From: Tubulanus polymorphus
Lineage: Eukaryota; Animalia; Nemertea
Assembly (NCBI RefSeq): GCF_964204645.1
Contig: NC_134025.1
Span: forward strand, 15,785,101 to 15,849,100
Direction: 5' to 3'
DNA length: 64,000 nt
Part shown: positions 30,001 to 40,625 of the stretch, piece by piece
Position numbering within the stretch: position 1 is the stretch's first letter
Layout: each line of letters opens with the position of its first letter
Notes under the pieces: model-generated
Told to the model about the DNA's origin: nothing
The model's database searches: none
Seen by the model: the letters and a program-made list of their open reading frames with translations, nothing else
Translations under genes and position numbers: made by a program

Positions 30001-32783
30001 GAAATGTGCTTTTCCCGTCGATTTGAGCGCTTTTGCGCTTCGACATTTTCGTTTTTCCGATAGGGGGAATATTTGATACGAAAACGTCTTTTCTCGCGCT
30101 GAACGACGTTTCCGGGTCGAAAAGTGCTTTTCCTGACGATTTGAGCCCTTTTACGCATCGACATTTTCGTTCTTCCGATAGAGGGAATATTTGATAGGAA
30201 AACGTCTTTTCTCGAGCTTAACGACGTTTTCGGGCGGAAATGTGCTTTTCCCGTCGATTTGAGTAATTTTGAATATCGACTTTTTCATTTTTTCGATGGA
30301 ATCAATAATCGACGAGCAAACGTCTTATCTCGCGCTAAAGGAAGTTTTCGGGACGAAATGTGCTTTTCCCGTCGATTTGAGCGTTTTGCGCATCGACATT
30401 TACATTTTTCCGATAAAACGAAAAGTCGACGACCAAACGTCTTTTCTCGCGCTAAACGATGTTTTCGGGCCGAAATATGCTTTTCCCGTCGATTTGAGCG
30501 CTTTTGCGCATCGACTTTTTCATTTTTCCGATAAAACGAAAAGTCGACGAGCAAACGTCTTTTCTCGCGCTGAACGACGCTTTCGGGCCGAAATGTGCTT
30601 TTCCAGTCGATTTGAGTGATTTTGAATGTCGACTTTTTCATTTTTTCGATGGAACCAATAATCGACGAGCAAACGTCTTTTCTCGCGCTAAACGATGTTT
30701 TCGGGCCGAAATGTGCTTTTCCCGTCGATTTGAGTGCTTTTGCGCTTCGACATTTACATTTTTCTGATAAAACGAAAAGTCGACGAGCAAACGTCTTTTC
30801 TCTCTCTGAACGACGCTTTCGGGCCGAAATGTGCTTTTCTCGTCGATTTGAGCGCTTTTGCGCATCGACATTAACATTTTTCCGATAAAACGAATTATCG
30901 ACGACCAAACGTCTTTTCTCGCGCTGAATGACGCTTTCGGGCCGAAATCTGCTTTTCCTGTCGATTTGAAAGATTTTGAATATTGACTTTTTCACTTTTT
31001 CGATGGAACCAATAATCGACGAGCAAAACGTCTTTTCTCGCGCTAAACGATGTTTTCGGGCCGAAATGTGCTTTTCCCGTCGATTTGAGCGCTTTCGCGC
31101 TTCGACATTTACATTTTTCCGATAAAACGAAAAGTCGACGAGCAAACGTCTTTTCTCTCTCTGAACGACGCTTTCGGGCCGAAATGTGCTTTTCTCGTCG
31201 ATTTGAGCGCTTTTGCGCATCGACATTAACATTTTTCCGATAAAACGAATTATCGACGACCAAACGTCTTTTCTCGCGGTGAATGACGCTTTCGGGCCGA
31301 AATCTGCTTTTCCTGTCGATTTGAGTGATTTTGAATATTGACTTTTTCATTTTTTCGATGGAACCAATAATCGACGAGCAAAACGTCTTTTCTCGCGCTA
31401 AACGACGTTTTCGGGCCGAAATGTGCTTTTCCCGTCGATTTGAGCGCTTTTGCGCATCGACATATACATTTTTCCGATAAAACGAAAAGTCGACGAGCAA
31501 ACGTCTTTTCTCGCGCTTAACGACGTTTTCGGGCCGAAATGTGCTTTTCCTGTCGATTTGAGTGATTTTGAATATCGACTTTTTCATTTTTTCGATGGAA
31601 CCAATAATCGACCAGCAAACGTCTTTTCTCGCGCTGAACGACGCTTACGGGCCGAAATGTGCTTTTCCTGTCGATTTGAGTGATTTTGAATATCGAATTT
31701 TTCATTTTTTCGATGGAACCAATAATCGACGAGCAAACATCTTTTCCCGTTGATTTGAGTGATTTTGAATATCGACTTTTTCATTTTTTCGATGGAACCA
31801 ATAATCGACGAGCAAACGTCTTATCTCGCGCTAAACGAAGTTTTCGGGACGAAATGTGCTCTTCCCATCGATTTGAGCGCTTTTGCGCATCTACATTTAC
31901 ATTTTTCCGATAAAACGAAAAGTCGACGAGCAAACGTCTTTTCTCGCGCTTAACGACGTTTTCGGGCCGAAATGTGCTTTTCCCGTCGATTTGAGTGATT
32001 TTGAATATCGACTTTTTCATTTTTTCGATGGAACCAATAATCGACGAGCAAACGTCTTTTCTCGCGCTAAACGATGTTTTCGGGCCGAAATGTGCTTTTC
32101 CCGTCGATTTGAGTGCTTTTGCGCTTCGACATTTACATTTTTCCGATAAAACGAAAAGTCGACGAGCAAACGTCTTTTCTCTCTCTGAACGACGCTTTCG
32201 GGCCGAAATGTGCTTTTCTCGTCGATTTGAGCGCTTTTGCGCATCGACATTAACATTTTTCCGATAAAACGAATTATCGACGACCAAACGTCTTTTCTCG
32301 CGCTGAATGACGCTTTCGGGCCGAAATCTGCTTTTCCTGTCGATTTGAGTGATTTTGAATATTGACTTTTTCATTTTTTCGATGGAACCAATAATCGACG
32401 AGCAAAACGTCTTTTCTCGCGCTAAACGACGTTTTCGGGCCGAAATGTGCTTTTCCCGTCGATTTGAGCGCTTTTGCGCATCGACATTTACATTTTTTCG
32501 ATAAAACGAAAAGTCGACGAGCAAACGTCTTTTCTCGCGCTTAACGACGTTTTCAGGCTGAAATGTGCTTTTCCTGTCGATTTGAGTGATTTTGAATATC
32601 GACAATTACATTTTTCCGATAAAACGAATTATCGACGACCAAACGTCTTTTCTCGCGCTGAACGACGCTTTCGGGCCGAAATGTGCTTTTCCTGTCGATT
32701 TGAGTGATTTTGAATATCGACTTTTTCATTTTTTCGATGGAACCAATAATCGACCAGCAAACGTCTTTTCTCGCGCTGAACGA
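1..32783. repeat. Tandem satellite array, 118-bp monomer (~278 copies in the window), two main monomer types plus hybrids, higher-order repeats
   Basis: Monomer ~AAACGTCTTTTCTCGCGCTTAACGACGTTTTCGGGCCGAAATGTGCTTTTCCCGTCGATTTGAGCGCTTTTGCGCATCGACATTTACATTTTTCCGATAAAACGAAAAGTCGACGAGC repeats head-to-tail; ORF starts recur every 118 bp (524/642/760). Type B carries GAGTGATTTTGAATATCGACTTTTTCATTTTTTCGATGGAACCAATAATCG. The array ends abruptly at ...GCTGAACGA (32783). Confidence 0.99.
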
Positions 32784-33708
32784 TTATTTTATTTGCTATT
32801 CCTTCAATAGTTATTTCTACCTTTGTTATTTCAGGATTATAATAATTATCAAACTTTATTGCACCATTAGAATATGTTGCAATGGTAAAAAATATTAATA
32901 TACCTTTAATAGATCTTCTTGGGAAGTTAATATTTTCATTAATTATTTCATCATTTGCATTAATAGTTACAGTTTTAAATTTATCAATATAATCATATAA
33001 TAATGAAAATCCTTGATTGTATTGAGTTTGAATTGTGCTAGCAATATTTTCATTAGTTACCGTGTCATATTCTAAACATATATTCGATAATTTATATCCC
33101 ATATCTTTAACAACGCTAGATAATACAATTTCATTTACAGGAGCAAATGTTATCTCAAATATTATATCTTCTTGAATTACATATTTATATAAAGGTGCAT
33201 TATTATTTATCAATTCAAAGTCTAATGGAATTTTATATTTGCTTCCATAAATCATTTTAATCAAATTATCTGTGGCACGAGTTACTATTGCGTCATTAGC
33301 TCCTGATCTTAATTTATTATGGTTTTCCGATTGAATACCTTGAAATATCATATTATTTCTATTTTCTTTAGTTAACCATAAATCTTTATAATGCATAAAC
33401 AAATTATAATCATCTAATGAGAAAACTGTTTCTGGACCAATCTTTATAGTTAATTTTTTAATCAAATATCTTCCAACATTATCAACAACATAATTATTAT
33501 CATGACCAATTACTTTTATATCGGCTCATAAATAATTACTATTTGGAACATAAAAAGTATTTTGAGTTAATCTAGGAATTCTAACTTATAAAGTTTCATC
33601 GGGATTAATATTTGAAGGATTATGTGTAATTATATGATGTGATCTTTCTGCTTTAATAGCATTAGATATTCTAGAAATCTTAGAAGGACTTATATAACTC
33701 CCACTCAT
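32784..33708 (-). pseudogene. Major capsid protein (Polinton/adintovirus hexon-like), two in-frame stops, C-terminus cut by the satellite
   Basis: ATG at 33708 (TAAATG) is in frame with ORF 32629..33465: MSGSYISPSKISRISNAIKAERSHHIITHNPSNINPDETL*VRIPRL...VVDNVGRYLIKKLTIK...YKIPLDF...IFEITFAP...YKLSNICLEYDTV...NINFPRRSIKGILIFF...YNPEITKVEITIEGIANK. This resembles animal Polinton MCPs as recalled. The ORF then runs into satellite sequence. Confidence 0.75.
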
Positions 33709-33728
33709 TTATTTAACAAAAAAATTAA

Positions 33729-35165
33729 TTATTTATTTCTAATCATATTCACTAACCCAAAAATAATAGCACTTACAACTGTAATTAAAAATAAAATAAT
33801 ATGTTCAGCAGCAAAGTTAATAATATTCCCTGCAGATTTCAATATAAAACCAACAATTGATGCAATAACTCCTGGTAAAGCTGCAGCAGATTTTTTAGAT
33901 AGTTCCCATAAATATTTTGCTAATTTCTTTAAACCATCCTTAACTTTATCTTGTATAGAATTATTATCATTCGGGGGTTTATCTGGTTTATTTGGAGTAG
34001 GAGTAGATTTCAAAGCATTTGATATTGCTAAACCTATTGTTGTAAATACCATAGTTAGAGTTGTTAGAATTGAAAGAATTGTTATACCTTCTAGTTTAAA
34101 TAATAATTTTATTCTATCTTTTAATGATATTTTAGAATTTGGTTTTATCAACAAATCTTTAAAAACATCTTTTAATCTTTTAAAATTATTACCAAATTCT
34201 TTTAATAATATATCTCTTTCACCTTTCAGTACTTCTAAATTATCTTTTAAATTATTAATTTCTTTTTTTAAACATGATTCTTTTTGTCTATATTCCATTT
34301 CATCAATTACTTGACGATCAAGATCAGACTTTAATTGTTCTATTTCTTTATTTTATCAGTTAATTCTTTTTCTAAATTGTTAATTTTAATATCTCTTTTA
34401 CTTTTTTCATGCGCAATTTTATCAGCTGATTCTTTCATACCTATAATTTCTCTACGTGTTTGTTCAGGATATGCTTCTAATTCATCATCAGTTAAATCAA
34501 GTAATCCCTTCGTTAAAAGTTTTTCAGTTTGAACTTCAGTGTTTGATTTAAGTTTACTAGTTTTGGAATTATCAGCTTCTTTAGGAATTTTTTTTTGTCT
34601 TAAATTTTCATTAATTATCTTAAAAAATTTAGCATTTCTTTGTTTAAATTCTTTTATATTATCATCTCTTTCTTTTTGTGTAACATCAGTTATAACATCA
34701 TTAATGATTTTCTTAATTCTATCTGGTTTAAATAAATTAAAAGTTGATTGTGTTATTATTTTATCGTTACTTTTAAGATTTGAAATCTTAAAATAATAGT
34801 TGCCTTTCAATTTCCAATAATAATCGCCATTTAAATATTTCAAATCTTCTACTAAATAATCCATACCTTTATTTGTTATATTGAAACCAGATCTTTTTAA
34901 CATTGGTTTAAAATCACTAGCAATTTCATTATATTTTAATTTTTTTTTCTCATTCTGGTACTTCATTTTGAATATCTATTCTCGATTTAGCTCCTCTAAT
35001 ATATTCATCTGTTGATGGGGTTTTAGAACCAGCAACAACTTCTGGTAAATTAGTATTATATTCTGGCTCATTATCATCATTAAAACTTGTTTCACTAAAA
35101 TCAGGTTGTTGTTCATCACTTATACCGGGTTCATCTAAAGGATCCAATGGAATTTCTTCATCCAT
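33729..35165 (-). pseudogene. Polinton protein with acidic N-terminus, coiled coil and C-terminal hydrophobic/amphipathic helices; frameshifted
   Basis: ORFs 34950..35165, 34340..34966 and 33729..34298 are consecutive with only one TAAATG start (35165). The C-terminus has GITILSILTTLTMVFTTIGLAIS and LPGVIASIVGFILKSAG...IILFLITVVSAIIFGLV. A homologous segment lies at 61433-62290. Confidence 0.65.
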
Positions 35166-36387
35166 TTATATAATAAAAAAATTTAAAATATAATATTCCT
35201 CCGATTACAATTCCTATACAAGTTAAAGCTAATTTAGCATTTTCATGGGATTTATTATCATCATTTAGTTTAATCATATCATGTTGAATATTATCAGTTT
35301 TTATATTTTCTGTAGTATTGTAATCTTTTATTTTAGAATCATTATTTAATTTAATATTTTTAGTTTTAGTTTCAGTTGATTGAATATGTTTTTTATTTTT
35401 TTCACCTTCCATTAATTTTGGAGCAGTGATAATCTTTTTATTTATATCATTCAATCCAAATGAATTATCTATTGTTGCAGTTTTAATTAGATTATTGTAA
35501 CCAATTATATTTCCCATTTTTAAAACTAAATCATTAGAAATAATTAATAGATTAGGGCCTATACAATAATTTAATCTAATATGTGATTTATCTAAATAAT
35601 TTTGATATCTTACAATGTTTTCTGGAATAGATCTATTTTTATCATTATGAATGGAATCTTCAAATAAAACTTTGAATTGTTTCTGCGCATCGAATGAAGT
35701 GTTATCATTTCCAATCATTGGGGATCTTGTTTCAATTTGCGCACCTAAAATACATATCAAATAAGTTCTAATAGATTGATTTATTCTTTGTATACCAGCT
35801 TTAGTAAAACCTTCACTATTTTCTAAAATGAAATTAACCCAACCATTATTGTTTTGTTGTTGTATATTATTATAATATTTTGGTAATTCATTCCAATTTA
35901 GTGTTCTTATATCTGAATTTGTTATTATTTTTCCAAATTCTTTAGTATATAATATTCCTAATCCGCCCATTGTTCCAATTTTTGCTCTAAAATCTTTATT
36001 TGAATTAATATTAAATTCATTACATATTTTATAAAACTTAGAAAAATTAATATTATTATTCAATTCTTTAAAATATTTTGAACCTGGTAAAGGACATTCT
36101 AATTCATCTAATATTAATTTTATTTGAAAATAAGTATATATTCGTTCATATTAGATTTTAATAACCATTGTTTTGACTCATTCAAATTTTTGAAATTAAT
36201 TGTATACACATGAAATATATTCCATCTTTACATGAAAATTATTACTTTCAGTAACATAAATATATAAATCAATTAATGAATTTAAAACTTCATTTCTATA
36301 TGTAATATCTTTATTAAAATCTATTGCTGGAATATCATATTTAATTGATTTATTATATTGGAAAGCTTTTGGAAAACTATCTGCCAT
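35158..36387 (-). pseudogene. Polinton protein of unknown function with C-terminal transmembrane helix; disrupted near 36060-36200
   Basis: TAAATG start at 36387 (MADSFPKAFQY...), continuing as ORF 35158..36063 (INQSIRTYLICILGAQIETRS, DAQKQF, RYQNYL, GYNNLI) and ending AKLALTCIGIVIGGILYFKFF. A homolog lies at ~60660-61430. Confidence 0.7.
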
Positions 36388-36388
36388 T

Positions 36389-36862
36389 TATATAATTAAA
36401 AAATTAATAATTTATTAATTCTTTTAATAATTTATCTTGTTCTTCAACTGTTATATGGCCATTTAAACTTATTATATAATCTAGTGTATTCTTTAATTTA
36501 TTAATCTCTTTTATATTAGTTTTAATTTTTTCTTTATTACTTTTTATATTTAATTTTGAACTTATACCAGTTAAAACACTTGAACTTAATCCTCACACGC
36601 CAATTGATATAGCTAAAGGTGTTAATGGACTGAATATTGCTAGAAATGTTATTACAGAACTAATTGTAACCGAACAACTTATAATAAAATAATATATAAT
36701 TTAATAATAATATAATAATATATAATTACTTTTTAAATATTTTTTCTTTTTTATCTTTAAGTCACTTTCAAATTCTAATATTTGTTTTTCTAAATATATT
36801 TTTAATTTAGTTTTATTTATATCATGAGGAATAATATCAATACTATCAACTTTATCTTCCAT
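36389..36862 (-). pseudogene. Small Polinton ORF with central hydrophobic segment, disrupted
   Basis: TAAATG start at 36862 (MEDKVDSIDIIPHDINK...); the downstream frame reads ...TPLAISIGV*GLSSSVLTGISSKLNIKK**...; several stops and frameshifts. Confidence 0.45.
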
Positions 36863-36880
36863 TTATTTAGAAAAAAATTA

Positions 36881-37303
36881 CTAATTAGTAAATTTATATG
36901 CTACAAATATAACAATAACTGTTCCACCTAAAATCCAAATTATTTCATATTTCTGTTGTTCTTTACTTGGGGTATAATAATCTGATAATTTAGGTTTGTA
37001 TAGATGTAATTTGTCTTTATTGGTTACCGCGTTATATAAACTCATTGCATCATCGACTGATTTAAAATCTCTATGTGAAATCTTCTGATCATATAATTCC
37101 TTGTTAATATAATCCATATAGTTTTGTCGTTTTTCTCTGTATTCTTCTGCTGCTTTATTGTATTTCTCTAATGCTAAGTTATGTCTTTTTTGTTCTGTTA
37201 ATGATCCATTTTTATCAATATGCTTAAATAAATAACCACCACCAGTAAATGCTAAAGCGTTAACAATTGCCGATCCTATAATAGTTATAACTGCAGAAGC
37301 CAT
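36881..37303 (-). CDS. Polinton small membrane-associated protein (140 aa)
   Basis: Intact ORF with TAAATG start; N-terminal hydrophobic MASAVITIIGSAIVNALAFTGGGYLF, a coiled coil, and C-terminal TM IIWILGGTVIVIFVAY. Confidence 0.7.
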   Translation of the reverse strand: MASAVITIIGSAIVNALAFTGGGYLFKHIDKNGSLTEQKRHNLALEKYNKAAEEYREKRQNYMDYINKELYDQKISHRDFKSVDDAMSLYNAVTNKDKLHLYKPKLSDYYTPSKEQQKYEIIWILGGTVIVIFVAYKFTN

Positions 37304-37327
37304 TTATTTAGTAAAATAATTATGCAT

Positions 37328-37549
37328 TTATATGGGAGGAATATATTTTTGTTTTTCTAAATAATCAATAGTTAAATTAGATAAAGTAACTGCTAACGTT
37401 AATTTTAAAATATCATTGATATCAAATCTATCAACATTAACACTTCCCATTTTGAATACTTTTTTTCATACCATTGAATAACCAACAGTTACAACTGATA
37501 GTAATGCGCCATTATATAATCCAGTTATTATCCACTTATTATCACTCAT
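37328..37549 (-). pseudogene. Small hydrophobic Polinton protein (~73 aa) with one internal stop; absent from the ORF track
   Basis: TAAATG start at 37549: MSDNKWIITGLYNGALLSVVTVGYSMV*KKVFKMGSVNVDRFDINDILKLTLAVTLSNLTIDYLEKQKYIPPI*. Confidence 0.6.
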
Positions 37550-37891
37550 TTATTTATCAAAAAAATTACTATCATCAAAATATTTAGTTATCTTAGTGAT
37601 GATTAAATCAACATTTATTTCATTACTACTTTTATGATTATCATATATTTTGGTTAATATGTTTTTAATATCATCAATAATTCCATCTTCATTTAATTCA
37701 TAATATTCTAAAGGTGATTTAATTAAATCAATTACTTTTTCTATATTATAATTTTCTTTATTAATCATTGATGCATCGTTAAATGATTTACTTTTTATAT
37801 CAGTAATTACATCATTTAGTTTAATTCTCATTTCTTTACCATGTTTAAAATCAAACCCAAAACATATACTCGGTCCAACAGTTATATTCAT
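37550..37891 (-). CDS. Polinton hypothetical protein (113 aa)
   Basis: Intact ORF preceded by TAATTTTTTTCACTATATAAATG and packed against both neighbours. Confidence 0.6.
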   Translation of the reverse strand: MNITVGPSICFGFDFKHGKEMRIKLNDVITDIKSKSFNDASMINKENYNIEKVIDLIKSPLEYYELNEDGIIDDIKNILTKIYDNHKSSNEINVDLIITKITKYFDDSNFFDK

Positions 37892-37908
37892 TTATATAGT
37901 GAAAAAAA

Positions 37909-38662
37909 TTACTCTCTACATCTTATAACTAATTCATAAATTTCAGGGAAATTATTTAAATCAATTAAGTATCCATTGTGATTTCTAATTTCTAATCTAA
38001 AATTATTAAAACGAGGAATGCATGGTTTGAAATCACATTCTGTTAAATTATAATTTATTTGCGTTCCAAATTCTTTAACATTCTTCAATGGTAAAATGTT
38101 TAGTAAACCAGAATTACAAGTTATATCTTTAGTTGCTTCGAATGTTTTTGTAGGATCGATTAAATTGCAATAAATATAAAAATGTGTGTAAGGTATTAAG
38201 TTTGGTGTAGCATCAACATTTGAATAAAGTTTATCTGGTGTAATTCCTAACAGTTTAGCTATAGGTTTTTTAACTATAAATTGATATTTTTCACTACGAG
38301 TTAACCTAATCCTTATTTTATCAGAACTATCACTTTTTAAAAATCTAATACTAAACCCGGAATTACTACCTAATTTTTTGCCAGGCTTTTCTATCAATTT
38401 CTTGTGACAATGTATCTAAATTATATAACCCTGGTTTTAGATATAAATGATACCTTTTATTTTTTTCCTGAACTATAAACAATTGATGATCAATAGTTTT
38501 ATCCGTTATATTATAAAAAGAATTACATAAACTTATATTAACTAATTTTAAATCTACACAATTCTTAAATTCTCTATCTAATTGAACTAATAAATTATGT
38601 GATTTATAATTTGTTAGTCTTCTTGAATCAACAAATATTCTGTATTCTTTTAATTCTACCAT
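37909..38662 (-). pseudogene. Minor capsid (penton-like, single jelly-roll) protein, frameshifted near 38380
   Basis: ORFs 38366..38662 plus 37909..38397: IFVDSRR...SHNLLVQL...NSFYNIT...PGLYNL / HFYIYCNLID...LLNILPL...FRLEIRNHNGYLIDLNN...ELVI, the motif pattern of Polinton/virophage minor capsid proteins. Confidence 0.7.
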
Positions 38663-38730
38663 TATTTATAACATAAAAAAATTACCACTCATCACTAAAA
38701 ATTAATTTAAATAAAATTTTTCCTAAATAA

Positions 38731-40625
38731 ATGGATGAGAAGATAGCATGCGAAATTTGTGGTGAACTTCTAAGAAAAAGTAATATGGCTCGACATATGA
38801 AAAAACATGATGAAAATTATAAACCCCCTAAACTAAACTGTCCAAAATGTAATAAATTATTCTCAAGAAATTATGTTAAAAAACATTCAGAGAAGTGTAA
38901 AATTAATGGTGCAACGGCTAATGTTGATAGTAATGAAAGTAATAGTAATTCTGTTGAAGTTGAACCTGAAATTATTTGGAAAAGACCTTTCTTATTCTAT
39001 GACAAGGATAATATAAAAGATCATATCTGCGAGCCTTGTCGAATGAAATTAACCCTTTCGCTGCGTACACGCTTGCACCGCCCCCTACGTAAGGTATTTT
39101 CCGAAAAATTCGATTTTTTTCAAATTGTTTTTAACCCCGATTTTTCGCGTTTTTATCGAAGATTATGATGTTATTTAGTGAAAATCAGTAAAAAATCATA
39201 CCAACAGCCTTTTCTGTAGGGGGGGCGTGTTGGGGGGGGGGGGGTCAGGATGGGTTAGAAATTTTTTTTTTTCAGTTTTTCACCCAAGTGCCTATCTCAG
39301 TCTTTGGTGATTGATGATACGGTGTGGATGAAAGAAATTCAATTGATATGGGATATCCTTTTCCGCTGGTAGAGGTACGTAAGTGGGGAGCCATCTCAAT
39401 CCCGCGCAAATTACCATGTGCTCAACAGGCTGACAGCACCAACTACTGACGCATTTTCGCCATCTGTTGTTTAGAAAGCTAACTATCTTGTCTTACATGC
39501 GTTTCCATACTGTTTGCTGTGTACGCGTTCGAGTTATAAATCAATAGGTGCATGACGTTTCTACAACGTCATACGCACAGCACGTGTCACTCATATGACG
39601 TTTCCAAAACGTCACACGTAGCGAAAGGGTTAAGTCCTGAAAATATAGAAGATTGGGAGAATCATCAATTTCGTAAAGCACATATAGATAAAATTTCTAA
39701 TAAATTTGAAACTGAATTCAATGAAAGAAAAAATAGTTTATTAGAAAAAATAAAATATGAGAAAACGTTACCAGATAATAAAGAAACAGTTGAAAAGTTA
39801 GATAAACAATATAATGAATTAACAAGAAAAACATATTATTGTAAATATTGTAAATTGATTATTACAACAAGTAATTCAAATCTACATAATAGAACAATAA
39901 AACATAAAGAAAACGTAAGAAAATACCAGGAGCTTAATGAAGATCTATTACCTATAAATTATAAACAAAAATGCCCACAATGTAATTATGCGACCTTAAG
40001 GCAAGAAGGTACTGTGTTATTTTGTAATGAATGTGGATGGCAAAAGAATTTATGGGGTGAAGAAAAAACTAGAGATTTTCTCATAGAACCAAAATTAAAT
40101 TATCTAGATGAAATTTTTAAAATATTTTCTATAGAAGATCATACACAAGAATATAAGCAATGGCTTGAAAAAATAGAAATAGAAAATAAAAATGGTGAAA
40201 TAACTAAAAAAGATATTATAAAATCAATTATTCCATCAACATTTAACACAAAACAAAAGAAAATGTATTTATATTTATTATTTAATGATTATTATGAAAA
40301 ACCTAAATAAACAGAAGAAGATATGAAAATTATAAAAAAAATATTCAAACAAATATTAATGTATCATTTGGAAAATAGAATAACAGATTCAATAAATTAT
40401 GAATTCTTTTTAAATAAGATTGTAAATTATTTAAACATAGATATTATAATTCCATTTGATGAATTAACAAACAAAAAGAAACAAAGAGAGCGAGATGAAA
40501 TGTGGAACAAGATAGAACTTTATTTAAATGAGAAAAATGAAATGGAAGAAGAACCTAAACAATTAAATGAAAATGAAGAAGCCAATAGTGATTTCGAGTA
40601 TGATGATATTGATTTTATGTTTTAA
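38731..40625 (+). pseudogene. Multi-zinc-finger Polinton protein, interrupted by a piggyBac-type MITE and one nonsense codon
   Basis: Fingers CEICGELLRKSNMARHMKKH, CPKCNKLFSRNYVKKHSEKC, CKYCKLIITTSNSNLHNRTIKH and ribbon CPQC..CNECGW. Removing 39053-39629 plus one TTAA joins ORF 38731 to ORF 39552 in frame (CEPCRMKL|SPENIEDWENHQFRKAH). ORF 40323..40625 is in the same frame 12 nt after the stop at 40310. Confidence 0.75.
39053..39629. mobile_element. Non-autonomous piggyBac-type element (577 bp)
   Basis: TTAA on both sides (39049-39052, 39630-39633); terminal inverted repeats CCCTTTCGCTGCGT / ACGTAGCGAAAGGG; clean removal restores the host reading frame. Confidence 0.9.

Noticed and set aside
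1-32783. Hundreds of short ORFs (e.g. MRIDIYIFPIKRKVDEQ..., up to 315 aa)
   Set aside because: They are translations of the 118-bp satellite; the unit is not a multiple of 3, so the same peptides cycle through frames on both strands.
1-32783. CRISPR-like array or CENP-B box
   Set aside because: The variable parts are recurring variants rather than unique spacers, and there are no cas genes. I could not find TTCGnnnnAnnCGGG in the consensus monomer.
32629-33465. Apparent capsid-satellite fusion protein (278 aa)
   Set aside because: Chance read-through across the truncation junction; the true start (33708) is separated by two stops.
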